Source: Escherichia coli
GTDB taxonomy: Bacteria > Pseudomonadota > Gammaproteobacteria > Enterobacterales > Enterobacteriaceae
Assembly (NCBI RefSeq): GCF_965641715.1
Contig: NZ_OZ282453.1
Reading direction: 5' to 3' (one strand)
Length of the DNA stretch: 64,000 nt
Below are positions 25,896 through 34,033 of the stretch, piece by piece. A program made the translations under genes and the position numbers. Below the pieces are notes generated by a model, which did not search any database, was not told where the DNA came from, and was given only the letters and a program-made list of their open reading frames with translations. Every line of letters begins with the position of its first letter. Within the stretch, counting starts at the first letter, position 1.

Positions 25896-26412
25896 CAATA
25901 TCACCTATATATCAACTACATAGAAATACTACCACCCCCTTCACAAAAAAAACAAGCAAGTAAGCACATCTTTATTTGTAAAACAATTATACATTAGGCC
26001 AAATCGACGAAAACAATCATACATTCTCATTTTACAATAAAGAATTTCTAAAACAAAAAGATACTTATATAAAATCAGCAATACGGCGCTTTCAGGTTAT
26101 ATATGCTCCATACCCCTTTACGAAGGGGAAACCAATAAACCAATCTGATGACCTAGTCAACCAATGGATGCTCAATACGTTCACCATTTTTAGCAATTTC
26201 CACTCATACAGTCAGAAATTAAACAAGCTGTGATCATATTCATGGTTTATTCCTTTTAGTGATGAACCTTGCGCACAGGAATAACCAGCCAGAGAGGGTT
26301 AACCAGACCACTACCGGTTTTCCTCAAGACTCATCCTGAAAGGTTCTCTGTTCTGTATGCACTGTGCGAAGTGCAAAAAATAAGGCCGCAGAAGCGACCT
26401 TTTCCGATGCGT

Positions 26413-26967
26413 TTACAAACCAACACGCGCTTTCATCCAGCCATAGACAAAGGACTCGTTAGCCTCACGTTTCTCTGCCAGCGCCAGATAACGCTCCCCC
26501 TGTGTACAGTTCAGTGCTGTCAGCATCACCAGTTCGCCATCTTTACCGCGTTTTTCCAGGAATACACGTAGTGCGTTAATGGTTCGTGGGCCGATACACC
26601 CGTCTGTATCCATGTCCGGATACAGCATCCCCTTCTGGTTAAATACATTCAGCCAGCGCTGAAGCATCTTTGCCGCAACTGCCGGCCCCATGTTCACACC
26701 CGTGTCGCAAAGCTCTGCGGCAATGTCCGCAGACAGGTTTGCCACCTTGTCGAAATTCGGTCCGTACCAGTAGTCTGCCTCCAGAATTTCCAGCGCCTGC
26801 CCGCGGCTCAAATCACGCATATCGCCACGGTACCCATGTGACCGCGCCACTTTTTCAGTTATGCCCCACTTCGTTGCACCACCTGTATCGTCAGGGTGAC
26901 TGACGTAGCCCCCCTCTTTTCCCAGGATTTCATCAAAAACTTCATCTCTCGATTTCATATCAGCCAC
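26413..26967 (-). CDS. Endolysin, glycoside hydrolase family 108-like with peptidoglycan-binding domain
   Basis: N-terminal EGGYVSHPDDTGGATKWGIT motif typical of GH108; position in the lysis cassette. Confidence 0.7.
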   Translation of the reverse strand: MADMKSRDEVFDEILGKEGGYVSHPDDTGGATKWGITEKVARSHGYRGDMRDLSRGQALEILEADYWYGPNFDKVANLSADIAAELCDTGVNMGPAVAAKMLQRWLNVFNQKGMLYPDMDTDGCIGPRTINALRVFLEKRGKDGELVMLTALNCTQGERYLALAEKREANESFVYGWMKARVGL

Positions 26968-27238
26968 TCAGTAAGGCAAAAATTTTTGAAACATTACCGC
27001 GCGCACGAACAACCAGCACGCAGAACACCAGATTAATCATGACGACCAGCCAGTTACCGGGAAGGATTGTGCCGCAGAGAAAGGCAAGTGGCGGAAGTGC
27101 ATATACCGTCATCAGCAGCCAGGCCAGCAATGACACCAGCGGCTTATGTCTGGAATCACGACGACGATAAAAAAATAGCGTTGGCACGATAAACGAGCAC
27201 AACGCTACATTCAGCAATCCGGGAAGATTATTTGCCAT
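26960..27238 (-). CDS. Small membrane protein of the lysis cassette (holin/antiholin-like)
   Basis: About 92 aa, 2-3 predicted TM segments; translationally coupled between the holin and the endolysin. Confidence 0.5.
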   Translation of the reverse strand: MANNLPGLLNVALCSFIVPTLFFYRRRDSRHKPLVSLLAWLLMTVYALPPLAFLCGTILPGNWLVVMINLVFCVLVVRARGNVSKIFALLSG

Positions 27239-27617
27239 TACCACCACCTCCCCGTTGACGGGAGAACAGACCGGATACCAGCGATGTAATATCCTGCTGA
27301 TGGATGAATGACAGGACCTTTACTGAAACCACCGACACCAGTACTGCACACAACGCATCAACGGAAGCGCTGTCAAACCCAATACGCTCCGCCATATACC
27401 CCGCCACACCACGGGCCCCAAGAACACCAACAATAAAGGACACCAAGAAATGTGCAGCCACACGCCAGGCTGAAAGCGTCTGCGGCATTGTTGCCACAAA
27501 CAGCGCACCGGCAAAGGCACCAAACACAATCCCGAAATCCGTTCCGGTGAACAGCCCGAATACCGTCGCCCCGCCGAGCGCCGCGGCCGTACCGGAACCG
27601 GACAAGGGTTCAGACAT
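27228..27617 (-). CDS. Putative holin (start at MSEPLSGSG after AGGAG)
   Basis: 129 aa, Gly/Ala-rich TM helices, C-terminal charged tail; directly upstream of the endolysin. Confidence 0.6.
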   Translation of the reverse strand: MSEPLSGSGTAAALGGATVFGLFTGTDFGIVFGAFAGALFVATMPQTLSAWRVAAHFLVSFIVGVLGARGVAGYMAERIGFDSASVDALCAVLVSVVSVKVLSFIHQQDITSLVSGLFSRQRGGGGNGK

Positions 27618-27863
27618 ACCTTTTTTCTCCTGTAAATAAAAAAGAGCCACCAGCGGCCCACCAAAAAACACCCCGTCAAAGACACCTGCACCCACAGATG
27701 CCTTTTGTGTGGTGTTATTCAGATTTGCGCAGTAAAGGCCAGAGAACAACCATCACCATCGCTACCAGCACGCCATCAGCCAGAACCGACATCAGCCGTC
27801 CGGCAAAATCTACTGCCACTACCAGAAACAGCAGGATGGCAGCCAGCACAAGACGTGCACTTT

Positions 27864-28289
27864 TCACAGATACTGCTCCAGTGGTAACTGAAGCGCCTGT
27901 GCAATTTTCTTGAGCTGCGCTTCTTCATCCGGACTAATGCTATCCTGGTCAGCGATATCCAGACAGAGGCACAGTACGTCAACCGCCTCTGTTGTCCCTG
28001 CCACGTCAGCCAGCTGACGGAGGGCTTCAGCATTGGCAGAACGCGGGGATGCTTCATAACGGGCGCGGATATTGGCGCTCATCTGGGCAATCTCACCTGA
28101 GAACAGCGCAAAGGCCGGAAGTGCTGCAATGGTTTTCTCCAGCACTGCGATTTCTTTCGCGTCGCAGGTACCGTCAGCATATGCAATGGAATATGCGCCC
28201 CAGACGGTCGCTTCCACCGCATCGCGATTTTCCATCTTCTTCACCTCAACAATCGCCTTGCAGGTTTTCTTTTTGAAAATACCAAACAT
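27864..28289 (-). CDS. Hypothetical late-region protein (possible TerB-like fold)
   Basis: 141-aa ORF from MFGIFKKKTC with RBS; acidic helical protein; TerB assignment is a guess from composition only. Confidence 0.4.
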   Translation of the reverse strand: MFGIFKKKTCKAIVEVKKMENRDAVEATVWGAYSIAYADGTCDAKEIAVLEKTIAALPAFALFSGEIAQMSANIRARYEASPRSANAEALRQLADVAGTTEAVDVLCLCLDIADQDSISPDEEAQLKKIAQALQLPLEQYL

Positions 28290-28462
28290 CGTGACGTTTC
28301 CTTTTAGTGGGAGAGCCTCGCCCCGGGATGAGCAGCCCACAGAGAAAGTCACACCGACCATCCCGTAAGCTCCCCCCCCCTGAAAGGCTCTGTGGTTTTT
28401 GATGTGCACCGGACGTGGCGCGGATATGAAAAAAGCTCGCAGTAGCGGGCCTGGCTACAGGC

Positions 28463-28488
28463 AAAAAAATACCCGTCCGGAGACGGGC
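28463..28488 (-). terminator. Rho-independent terminator (minus strand)
   Basis: Minus strand GCCCGTCTCCGGACGGG hairpin followed by TATTTTTTT. Confidence 0.5.
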
Positions 28489-28533
28489 TAACACATTCAA
28501 CATGTAAGAGTGGAACAGCGTTTATTTTAAGTA

Positions 28534-28620
28534 TGGTCGCCGCCAGAATGAGTCGTCAGATTGCAACGCAATTCTGGCAAATCGCAGGCACCAAAACAGG
28601 CAACGACTCATTCTGGCAAC
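28534..28620. repeat. 15-bp perfect inverted repeat (GCCAGAATGAGTCGT / ACGACTCATTCTGGC) with nested alternative pairing and direct repeats, followed by a T-run
   Basis: Read directly: arms at 28534-28548 and 28595-28609; ATTCTGGCA and GGCAACGAC each occur twice. Confidence 0.7.
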
Positions 28621-28773
28621 GACTTTTTTCCAATAACGCAACTTCATGAACAAAAAAAAGAACAGCACTGTATCCGCTATTGCAGAATGGAGAACAATAA
28701 AAAACCTGAACTATTATTCAACTCGGAAAACCGCCAGTGCTGTAAAAGTCCGTCAGAAATAAAACAATGAAGT

Positions 28774-28850
28774 TGTGGAGAACAGGAATCGAACCTGCAT
28801 CGCCAACCCAGAAGGCTGCGGTAATAGCTACTATACGATACCTGAATAAA
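28774..28850 (-). tRNA. tRNA-like sequence, probably a 3' fragment or pseudo-tRNA (canonical T-arm, no acceptor stem found)
   Basis: Minus strand GCAGGTTCGATTCCTGT T-arm preceded by CCTTCTGG; no complementary 5' acceptor strand could be found by eye. Confidence 0.3.
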
Positions 28851-29358
28851 GAGCAGGCCTCCGTAACCACAATAATGATACTGATAACAGACCTTCAATA
28901 TGATTGAACGGAAGCCTACAATGAACCGCAAGACAGCGGGGAACACCGCTGTGAACATAAACTTGCTGTCTTCCGGGTCGGGAGTAATATTACCGATAAT
29001 TCATATGACATCAAAAACTAATTAGTTTTCAGATTTAAAAATATGTATAAATCTGTATCAATTACATACAGTTTATGTTATTCCATCCAGAATTCTGATT
29101 TCGCACAGGAGATTGCGTAAAAACTAACACAAATATAAACGATTTGGGAACACACTGATTCAGTTGTCGCAATAAATAACAGGAAACACTCCGGGAATAA
29201 CAGATCGCAAGACTTACATCAGCAGGAGTTTTTGCAACATTTAACGTTAATTGTATCGTTGATAGAAAATCTATGACGCAATATGGTGAACTAACAGAGC
29301 CTGACGAATATCCCAATTACGCCGAGCTAATAGCGCTGCCAGCTAAACTTGCATGGAA

Positions 29359-29435
29359 TGGTCCGCCACCGGGTGCTCGAACCTCGCACAATCAACTTAG
29401 AAGGCTGATGCTCTATCCAGATGAGCTGGTGGCGG
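29359..29435 (-). tRNA. tRNA-Arg (anticodon UCU)-like, phage-encoded; T-stem imperfect
   Basis: Acceptor stem CCGCCAC/GTGGCGG, D-arm GCTC-ATCTGGATA-GAGC, anticodon loop CTTCTAA, 3' ACCA; two mismatches in the T-stem. Confidence 0.55.
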
Positions 29436-29437
29436 AA

Positions 29438-29513
29438 TGGTGGCCCTTGCTGGATTTGAACCAGCGACCTGGCGATTATGAGTCGCTCGCTCTAACCACT
29501 GAGCTAAAGGGCC
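29438..29513 (-). tRNA. ileZ: tRNA-Ile2 (anticodon CAU, ileX/ileZ-like), phage-encoded
   Basis: Minus strand GGCCCTTTAGCTCAGTGGTTAGAGCGAGCGACTCATAATCGCCAGGTCGCTGGTTCAAATCCAGCAAGGGCCACCA is near-identical to recalled E. coli tRNA-Ile2. Confidence 0.85.
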
Positions 29514-29553
29514 GGGCGCAGGATAATAACGGTACGTAACTAATTCTGCAAGT

Positions 29554-30612
29554 TCATCCGTTCTGACTGACTAAATCCTGTACTTCCCTGACCGTCTGCT
29601 CAAAACGCTCAGTCTCCAGCTCAACACCAATCACACGACGTCCCTGCGCCATCGCTGCTTTGACTGTCGAACCTGACCCCATGAAGAAATCTGCAACCAG
29701 GTCTCCCGGACGGCTGCTTGCGCTGATTATCTGCTGCAACATTTCTGCCGGTTTTTCGCACGGGTGCTTCCCGGGATAGTACTGCACCGGTTTATGCGTC
29801 CACACATCGGTGTACGGCACCTGCACAGTCACACCGAAATACCGCCGCAAATTTTTATATTCACTCAGCAGTTCCGTATACTGCCGGTTCAGTTCACTGT
29901 ATGTGCTGACCAGTTGGTAATGTGGCTTTTCCAGTTCTCCGCACTGGTGCTTCTCTTCTGCCACTCGGGCAAACAGTGCCTGTAATTTCAGATAATCGCT
30001 TTCATTCGGTAGCTGCCACTGACTGGCACTGAACCAGTGCGACACCATGTTTTTCTTTCCTGTAGCATCCACAATCTGTTTTGCCGTAATCCCCAGGGCC
30101 GCACGCGCATCACAAAAGTAAGAAATCAGCGGGGCCATCACATGCTGTTTCAGAGCCCTGCCCTTTGCCGCATAGCCATCATTTTTTAGCTGATATGGCC
30201 CCTGATAATGTCCGGCAAACAGAATGCGCTCTGTTGCCGGAAAATACGCCCGCAGGCTTTCCTTGTTGCACCCGTTCCAACGTCCGGACGGCTTCGCCCA
30301 GATGATATGGTTAAGCACGTTGAAACGTTCACGCATCATGATCTCAATATCAGATGCCAGGCGATGTCCACAGAACAGGTAAAGGCTTCCGGCAGGTTTC
30401 AACACCCGCCAGAACTGGGCCAGACAGTGGTCCAGCCACTTAAGGTAACCTTCGTCCCCTTTCCACTGATTGTCCCAGCCGTTGGGTTTCACCTTGAAGT
30501 ACGGCGGATCGGTAACAATCAGGTCAATGGAATCATCAGGCAGGGACTGAATAAAATGCAGGCAATCAGCGTTGATCAAATCAACACTGTTTATTTTTAC
30601 AGTATTTTTCAT
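29554..30612 (-). CDS. Orphan DNA N6-adenine methyltransferase (DPPY motif)
   Basis: IDLIVTDPPYF catalytic motif and C-terminal FFMGSGST AdoMet motif; no adjacent restriction enzyme gene. Confidence 0.85.
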   Translation of the reverse strand: MKNTVKINSVDLINADCLHFIQSLPDDSIDLIVTDPPYFKVKPNGWDNQWKGDEGYLKWLDHCLAQFWRVLKPAGSLYLFCGHRLASDIEIMMRERFNVLNHIIWAKPSGRWNGCNKESLRAYFPATERILFAGHYQGPYQLKNDGYAAKGRALKQHVMAPLISYFCDARAALGITAKQIVDATGKKNMVSHWFSASQWQLPNESDYLKLQALFARVAEEKHQCGELEKPHYQLVSTYSELNRQYTELLSEYKNLRRYFGVTVQVPYTDVWTHKPVQYYPGKHPCEKPAEMLQQIISASSRPGDLVADFFMGSGSTVKAAMAQGRRVIGVELETERFEQTVREVQDLVSQNG

Positions 30613-30762
30613 GGATCAGTAAGCGTAACTCTGGTAGGCTCACTCTGCTTTTGCGCTAAAGCAGTGGGCCGTGGTTCGCTTGTGACCAGTAAGCATGAGC
30701 GAATGGCTGGCAGGTGCTACCAACACCCACCAGCCGCCCATTTTCACAGCAGGAAACCGCCA

Positions 30763-30990
30763 TTACTGGCAGCGTCTGAATTTATTCCCGTACCCGCCGT
30801 TATCCTTCGCCAGACCCGCCAGAACTAACTGAGTCAGTATTAACTGGCACTGGGCTTCGCTTACTCCGGTAGTTCTCGTCATCATGCGTGGCGTTACCCA
30901 CTTGTCAGCAGGTAAGAAATGAAGGACTGCGGCGGCGGTTTCTGTCATATCTTGCTGTTTTAGCATGTCTTTTTCCCTTCTGGTTAACAT
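30763..30990 (-). CDS. Hypothetical small protein (possible winged-helix DNA-binding)
   Basis: 75-aa ORF between the rexA-like promoter region and the methyltransferase. Confidence 0.35.
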   Translation of the reverse strand: MLTRREKDMLKQQDMTETAAAVLHFLPADKWVTPRMMTRTTGVSEAQCQLILTQLVLAGLAKDNGGYGNKFRRCQ

Positions 30991-31244
30991 GACATACCAA
31001 TAACTCTTGTCTAAAAAGCCAGCAAGATAAAAAGTCAGTATTCACGACCACCAGCGTGTTTACTGTACTGCACCAGGTTTACAGGTACAAAAAACCGCTC
31101 GACGGCGGGTTTAAGCTGTGTGGCGAAGTAACCACTCTTAACAGATTAAGATAAAATTTGCGGACCGCGGTAATTTTTTTTGCTAAATTAAAGCCATATA
31201 AAAAATAAGATCCATAAGAAATTATTAGTATACTAAGGTTTAAC

Positions 31245-32186
31245 ATGGCTACTATTGCGCAATCAAAGAAACAAAAAAAACTTAAAATTGGTTTTTACAC
31301 CAGCAGTTCTGGGACTATCCGCAGCCATTCAGTTGCTAAGCAAGCAATTGAAAATCTGTATAATACTTGCGTAACCGTTACGAATAATCATTTTGATACC
31401 ATCTATAGAAATAAAAAGTTAAAAATAGCTTTTATAAATAAAGATACAAAAGCTAAATATTTCTTCGGCTACATGTCATGCTCACGAGAAGAGTATCTCC
31501 TTCCTTATATTGGTGATGAACACTGGAATGAGCACAACATACCACTAGATGATAAAAAATACATAGTCGAAAGAACCTATTTTTTATATTATTACGATAG
31601 TGATATTTTAATATTAACTCAAAATCATCTTGGGCCGAAAGAATCGGATTTAGCTTATCTGCTTTACAGCCAGAGTGGTAATCCTGGAAATAACTTTTCA
31701 TTCCAAGCCATCTGGAAAAAAGAGAGCGTCAAAGAGCTACTTGAAACAGGAAGTACTTTGAGAAGTTGTGATATTGTCCTGGCTGCTCCCAGGAACTTTG
31801 ATGCAACAAATTACCAGCTAAATAGTTCATTTTCTAAGGAACTGGTAAATATGATGGTAGGGCTGGGTGGAACACGTCTCAAGTTAAATCTAAGGGGACG
31901 TGCATCAGGGAGAGTAAAAGTCAAAGGTTATTTATCAGATCTCGTTAAGGATGGTATTAAAGAACTCCTTGAAAAAATGCCGGGAATTGTAAAAAAAGCG
32001 GCAGTAACACAGCCCAAAAATACCGTTGAACAAAGTCTTCTTGATCAGGTACTCATTTCAGAAAAAAACATATATACCGTTAATGGTTATGGCACTGATA
32101 GTGATGTTCTGCAAGCCATGATTTCTGCTAAAATTGATAACAATGAATACCTTAAGCAATACGATATCAGCAAAAAGAAGGTATAG
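31245..32186 (+). CDS. RexA-like protein (remote homolog of lambda RexA)
   Basis: 313 aa, AT-rich; local matches to recalled lambda RexA (KIGFYTSS vs KNGFYATY; LGPKESDLAYLL vs FGPTTSDLTDFL); 3 nt upstream of the rexB-like gene. Confidence 0.6.
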   Translation: MATIAQSKKQKKLKIGFYTSSSGTIRSHSVAKQAIENLYNTCVTVTNNHFDTIYRNKKLKIAFINKDTKAKYFFGYMSCSREEYLLPYIGDEHWNEHNIPLDDKKYIVERTYFLYYYDSDILILTQNHLGPKESDLAYLLYSQSGNPGNNFSFQAIWKKESVKELLETGSTLRSCDIVLAAPRNFDATNYQLNSSFSKELVNMMVGLGGTRLKLNLRGRASGRVKVKGYLSDLVKDGIKELLEKMPGIVKKAAVTQPKNTVEQSLLDQVLISEKNIYTVNGYGTDSDVLQAMISAKIDNNEYLKQYDISKKKV

Positions 32187-32189
32187 GAT

Positions 32190-32633
32190 ATGTTATTGAA
32201 ATACTTAAGAAACCTGATTGTAAGTGTTTTTTGCACCTTGTTCCTACTGAGGTATATCCCTCAGATGGGGCATGCTGACATACTTACAGCCTCCGGGGTT
32301 ATTTCAACTGTATCCGGTATTTTATTTGGTTTTATTTTAGCCACAATATCAATTTTTAGTGCTGCTAGCGAAAACTCAAATGGAATAATAAAAGCATTAA
32401 AAAACAACAACATACTTCAAGTTATTATTGTAAATCTATTAACCGCAGGTGCATCTTTAATTACGGCATGCGTTATTGCTTTGATAGCAATGTTTGCCAA
32501 TGAAAAGACATTGTTACATGGAGAAAAAATAGAATTTATTTTAATTATCGAATCTTTATCTCTTCTTATCATTTCAGTAATAACTTTTGCCTTTACATGG
32601 AGAAAAGTAAACTGGATACTCCCCCACATTTAA
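32190..32633 (+). CDS. RexB-like 4-TM membrane protein
   Basis: 147 aa; N-terminal LIVSVFCTLFLLRYIPQ vs recalled lambda RexB VIVSICYLLFRHYIPG; multi-pass TM, similar length (lambda RexB is 144 aa). Confidence 0.65.
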   Translation: MLLKYLRNLIVSVFCTLFLLRYIPQMGHADILTASGVISTVSGILFGFILATISIFSAASENSNGIIKALKNNNILQVIIVNLLTAGASLITACVIALIAMFANEKTLLHGEKIEFILIIESLSLLIISVITFAFTWRKVNWILPHI

Positions 32634-32656
32634 AAAGGGCAGAAATGCCCTTTTTT

Positions 32657-33019
32657 CTACTCCATTTCAAGTTTAACATCCAGCATTGAAAGGCATCCAT
32701 CAATAAACCCTTCAGCCATCTGTATCTCTATACGTATCAATTTCTCATCTTTTTTGCGAGCTCTTGCAAGCTTTCTTTTCGAGATGCCATACAGGTAATG
32801 GGCCACAATCAAAGAATGCTCGTACGGTTTTCGCTTTTTAAGAAGAGCAAGACAACCTTCAATAATTAATGCATCACTATCTGAACAAGCCTGACGTGTT
32901 TTGCTTGTATAGGGAAGAAGCCCTTTAAACCCAGCAGCTATAGGAGAATAGTCTACTCCTGAACTATCACTCGCCGCCCATGCTCCCCAACGATCCAGAA
33001 CCATTTGAATATCACGCAT
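32657..33019 (-). CDS. Antitermination protein Q (QuuD-like family)
   Basis: MRDIQMVLDRWGAWAA...AEGFIDGCLSMLDVKLEME resembles DLP12 QuuD; position after rusA/DUF968. Confidence 0.75.
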   Translation of the reverse strand: MRDIQMVLDRWGAWAASDSSGVDYSPIAAGFKGLLPYTSKTRQACSDSDALIIEGCLALLKKRKPYEHSLIVAHYLYGISKRKLARARKKDEKLIRIEIQMAEGFIDGCLSMLDVKLEME

Positions 33020-33036
33020 CAACTTTCTCCACAAAA

Positions 33037-34032
33037 TCAGGCCAGCACGCCAATTGCCAGCGCACGATCGATAAAACGAAATATCAGCTCCAGCTGGGAG
33101 CCATACCTCTCTTCAAATGCCACGGTATCCGCATGCAGCTCGTCGTGATGCTTTCTGCACAAAGGCAACACAAAAAGGTCATGCGCTTTTGTACCCATTC
33201 CACACTGACCGTGGCCTATCAGGTGGTGGGGATCATCAGCGGGCTTTCCACAACATGCACACGGCTGTGTCTTAACCCAGCGCGTGTACTTTTCATTAAC
33301 CCAGCGGCGACGTTTTGGGCGTAACATAAAAGACTCCGGCGACTCCGGATCCACTTTCAGCGCCAGCACCTTTTTCGCTTTATCCTGGATGATGCTGGTG
33401 GCAGGAACCGAAGGCACAAGGTCACTTTCCCGGGTGACAGACGGCACAACAGGCTTCGGTAATCTCAGTGCCTTACGGGCTGCACTTTCCGGTAAGGCAT
33501 CCGCCAGATCATTACGAATCAGCCACCAGCACAGTTCCGGCATTGTCACAACGTGACTGTCATCAAAACCGAGATCCCGACGCACAACAGACAACACCCA
33601 GCGGGCACAGTTATCCGTTGCCATTGATTCCAGCCGTTCCGTGAACTGATCGCGCAGCTGGTTATCGCAGTGCCAGCACAGACGGATTGCGCCCGGAGCG
33701 TGTCGCATTGTGGTCATGTTCTCGCTGTGCCAGTCGGAATGAGGCCACTGGCAGCCTTTTTCACGAAGTAACCAGCTTTCAAGACATTCCACGCCACCAG
33801 CACGACGGATCACTGCCTCATTGCGGAACACGGCCCGAACGGCAGGATCATCCGCCAGCGGTTGTGATGCCGCCGGAACGGCACCACTGGCGAAAGATGA
33901 ATAACGTTCCGGCTCAGGCTCCAGCAGGACACGCCCCTGCATAAACAGGGGCATCAACTCTGAACCTGGCCTGAACAATACGATCCCCATACGCGGGGCA
34001 ATTTCAGGGGTCAGTAGTGCTCTCACGGTCAC
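33037..34032 (-). CDS. DUF968-domain protein (YdfU-like) with C-terminal Cys/His cluster
   Basis: CACCGKPADDPHHLIGHG...CRKHHDELH motif; typical nin-region gene of lambdoid prophages. Confidence 0.6.
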   Translation of the reverse strand: MTVRALLTPEIAPRMGIVLFRPGSELMPLFMQGRVLLEPEPERYSSFASGAVPAASQPLADDPAVRAVFRNEAVIRRAGGVECLESWLLREKGCQWPHSDWHSENMTTMRHAPGAIRLCWHCDNQLRDQFTERLESMATDNCARWVLSVVRRDLGFDDSHVVTMPELCWWLIRNDLADALPESAARKALRLPKPVVPSVTRESDLVPSVPATSIIQDKAKKVLALKVDPESPESFMLRPKRRRWVNEKYTRWVKTQPCACCGKPADDPHHLIGHGQCGMGTKAHDLFVLPLCRKHHDELHADTVAFEERYGSQLELIFRFIDRALAIGVLA

Positions 34033-34033
34033 C

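Noticed and set aside
28290-29360. Shiga toxin genes stxA/stxB downstream of the phage tRNAs
   Set aside because: No ORF with signal peptide or toxin-like sequence; only AT-rich non-coding DNA and small spurious ORFs
29273-29539. 88-aa plus-strand ORF
   Set aside because: Overlaps the antisense strand of the two tRNA genes; the ORF is a by-product of tRNA sequence
30208-30828. 206-aa plus-strand ORF
   Set aside because: Antisense to the DNA methyltransferase gene, which has clear catalytic motifs
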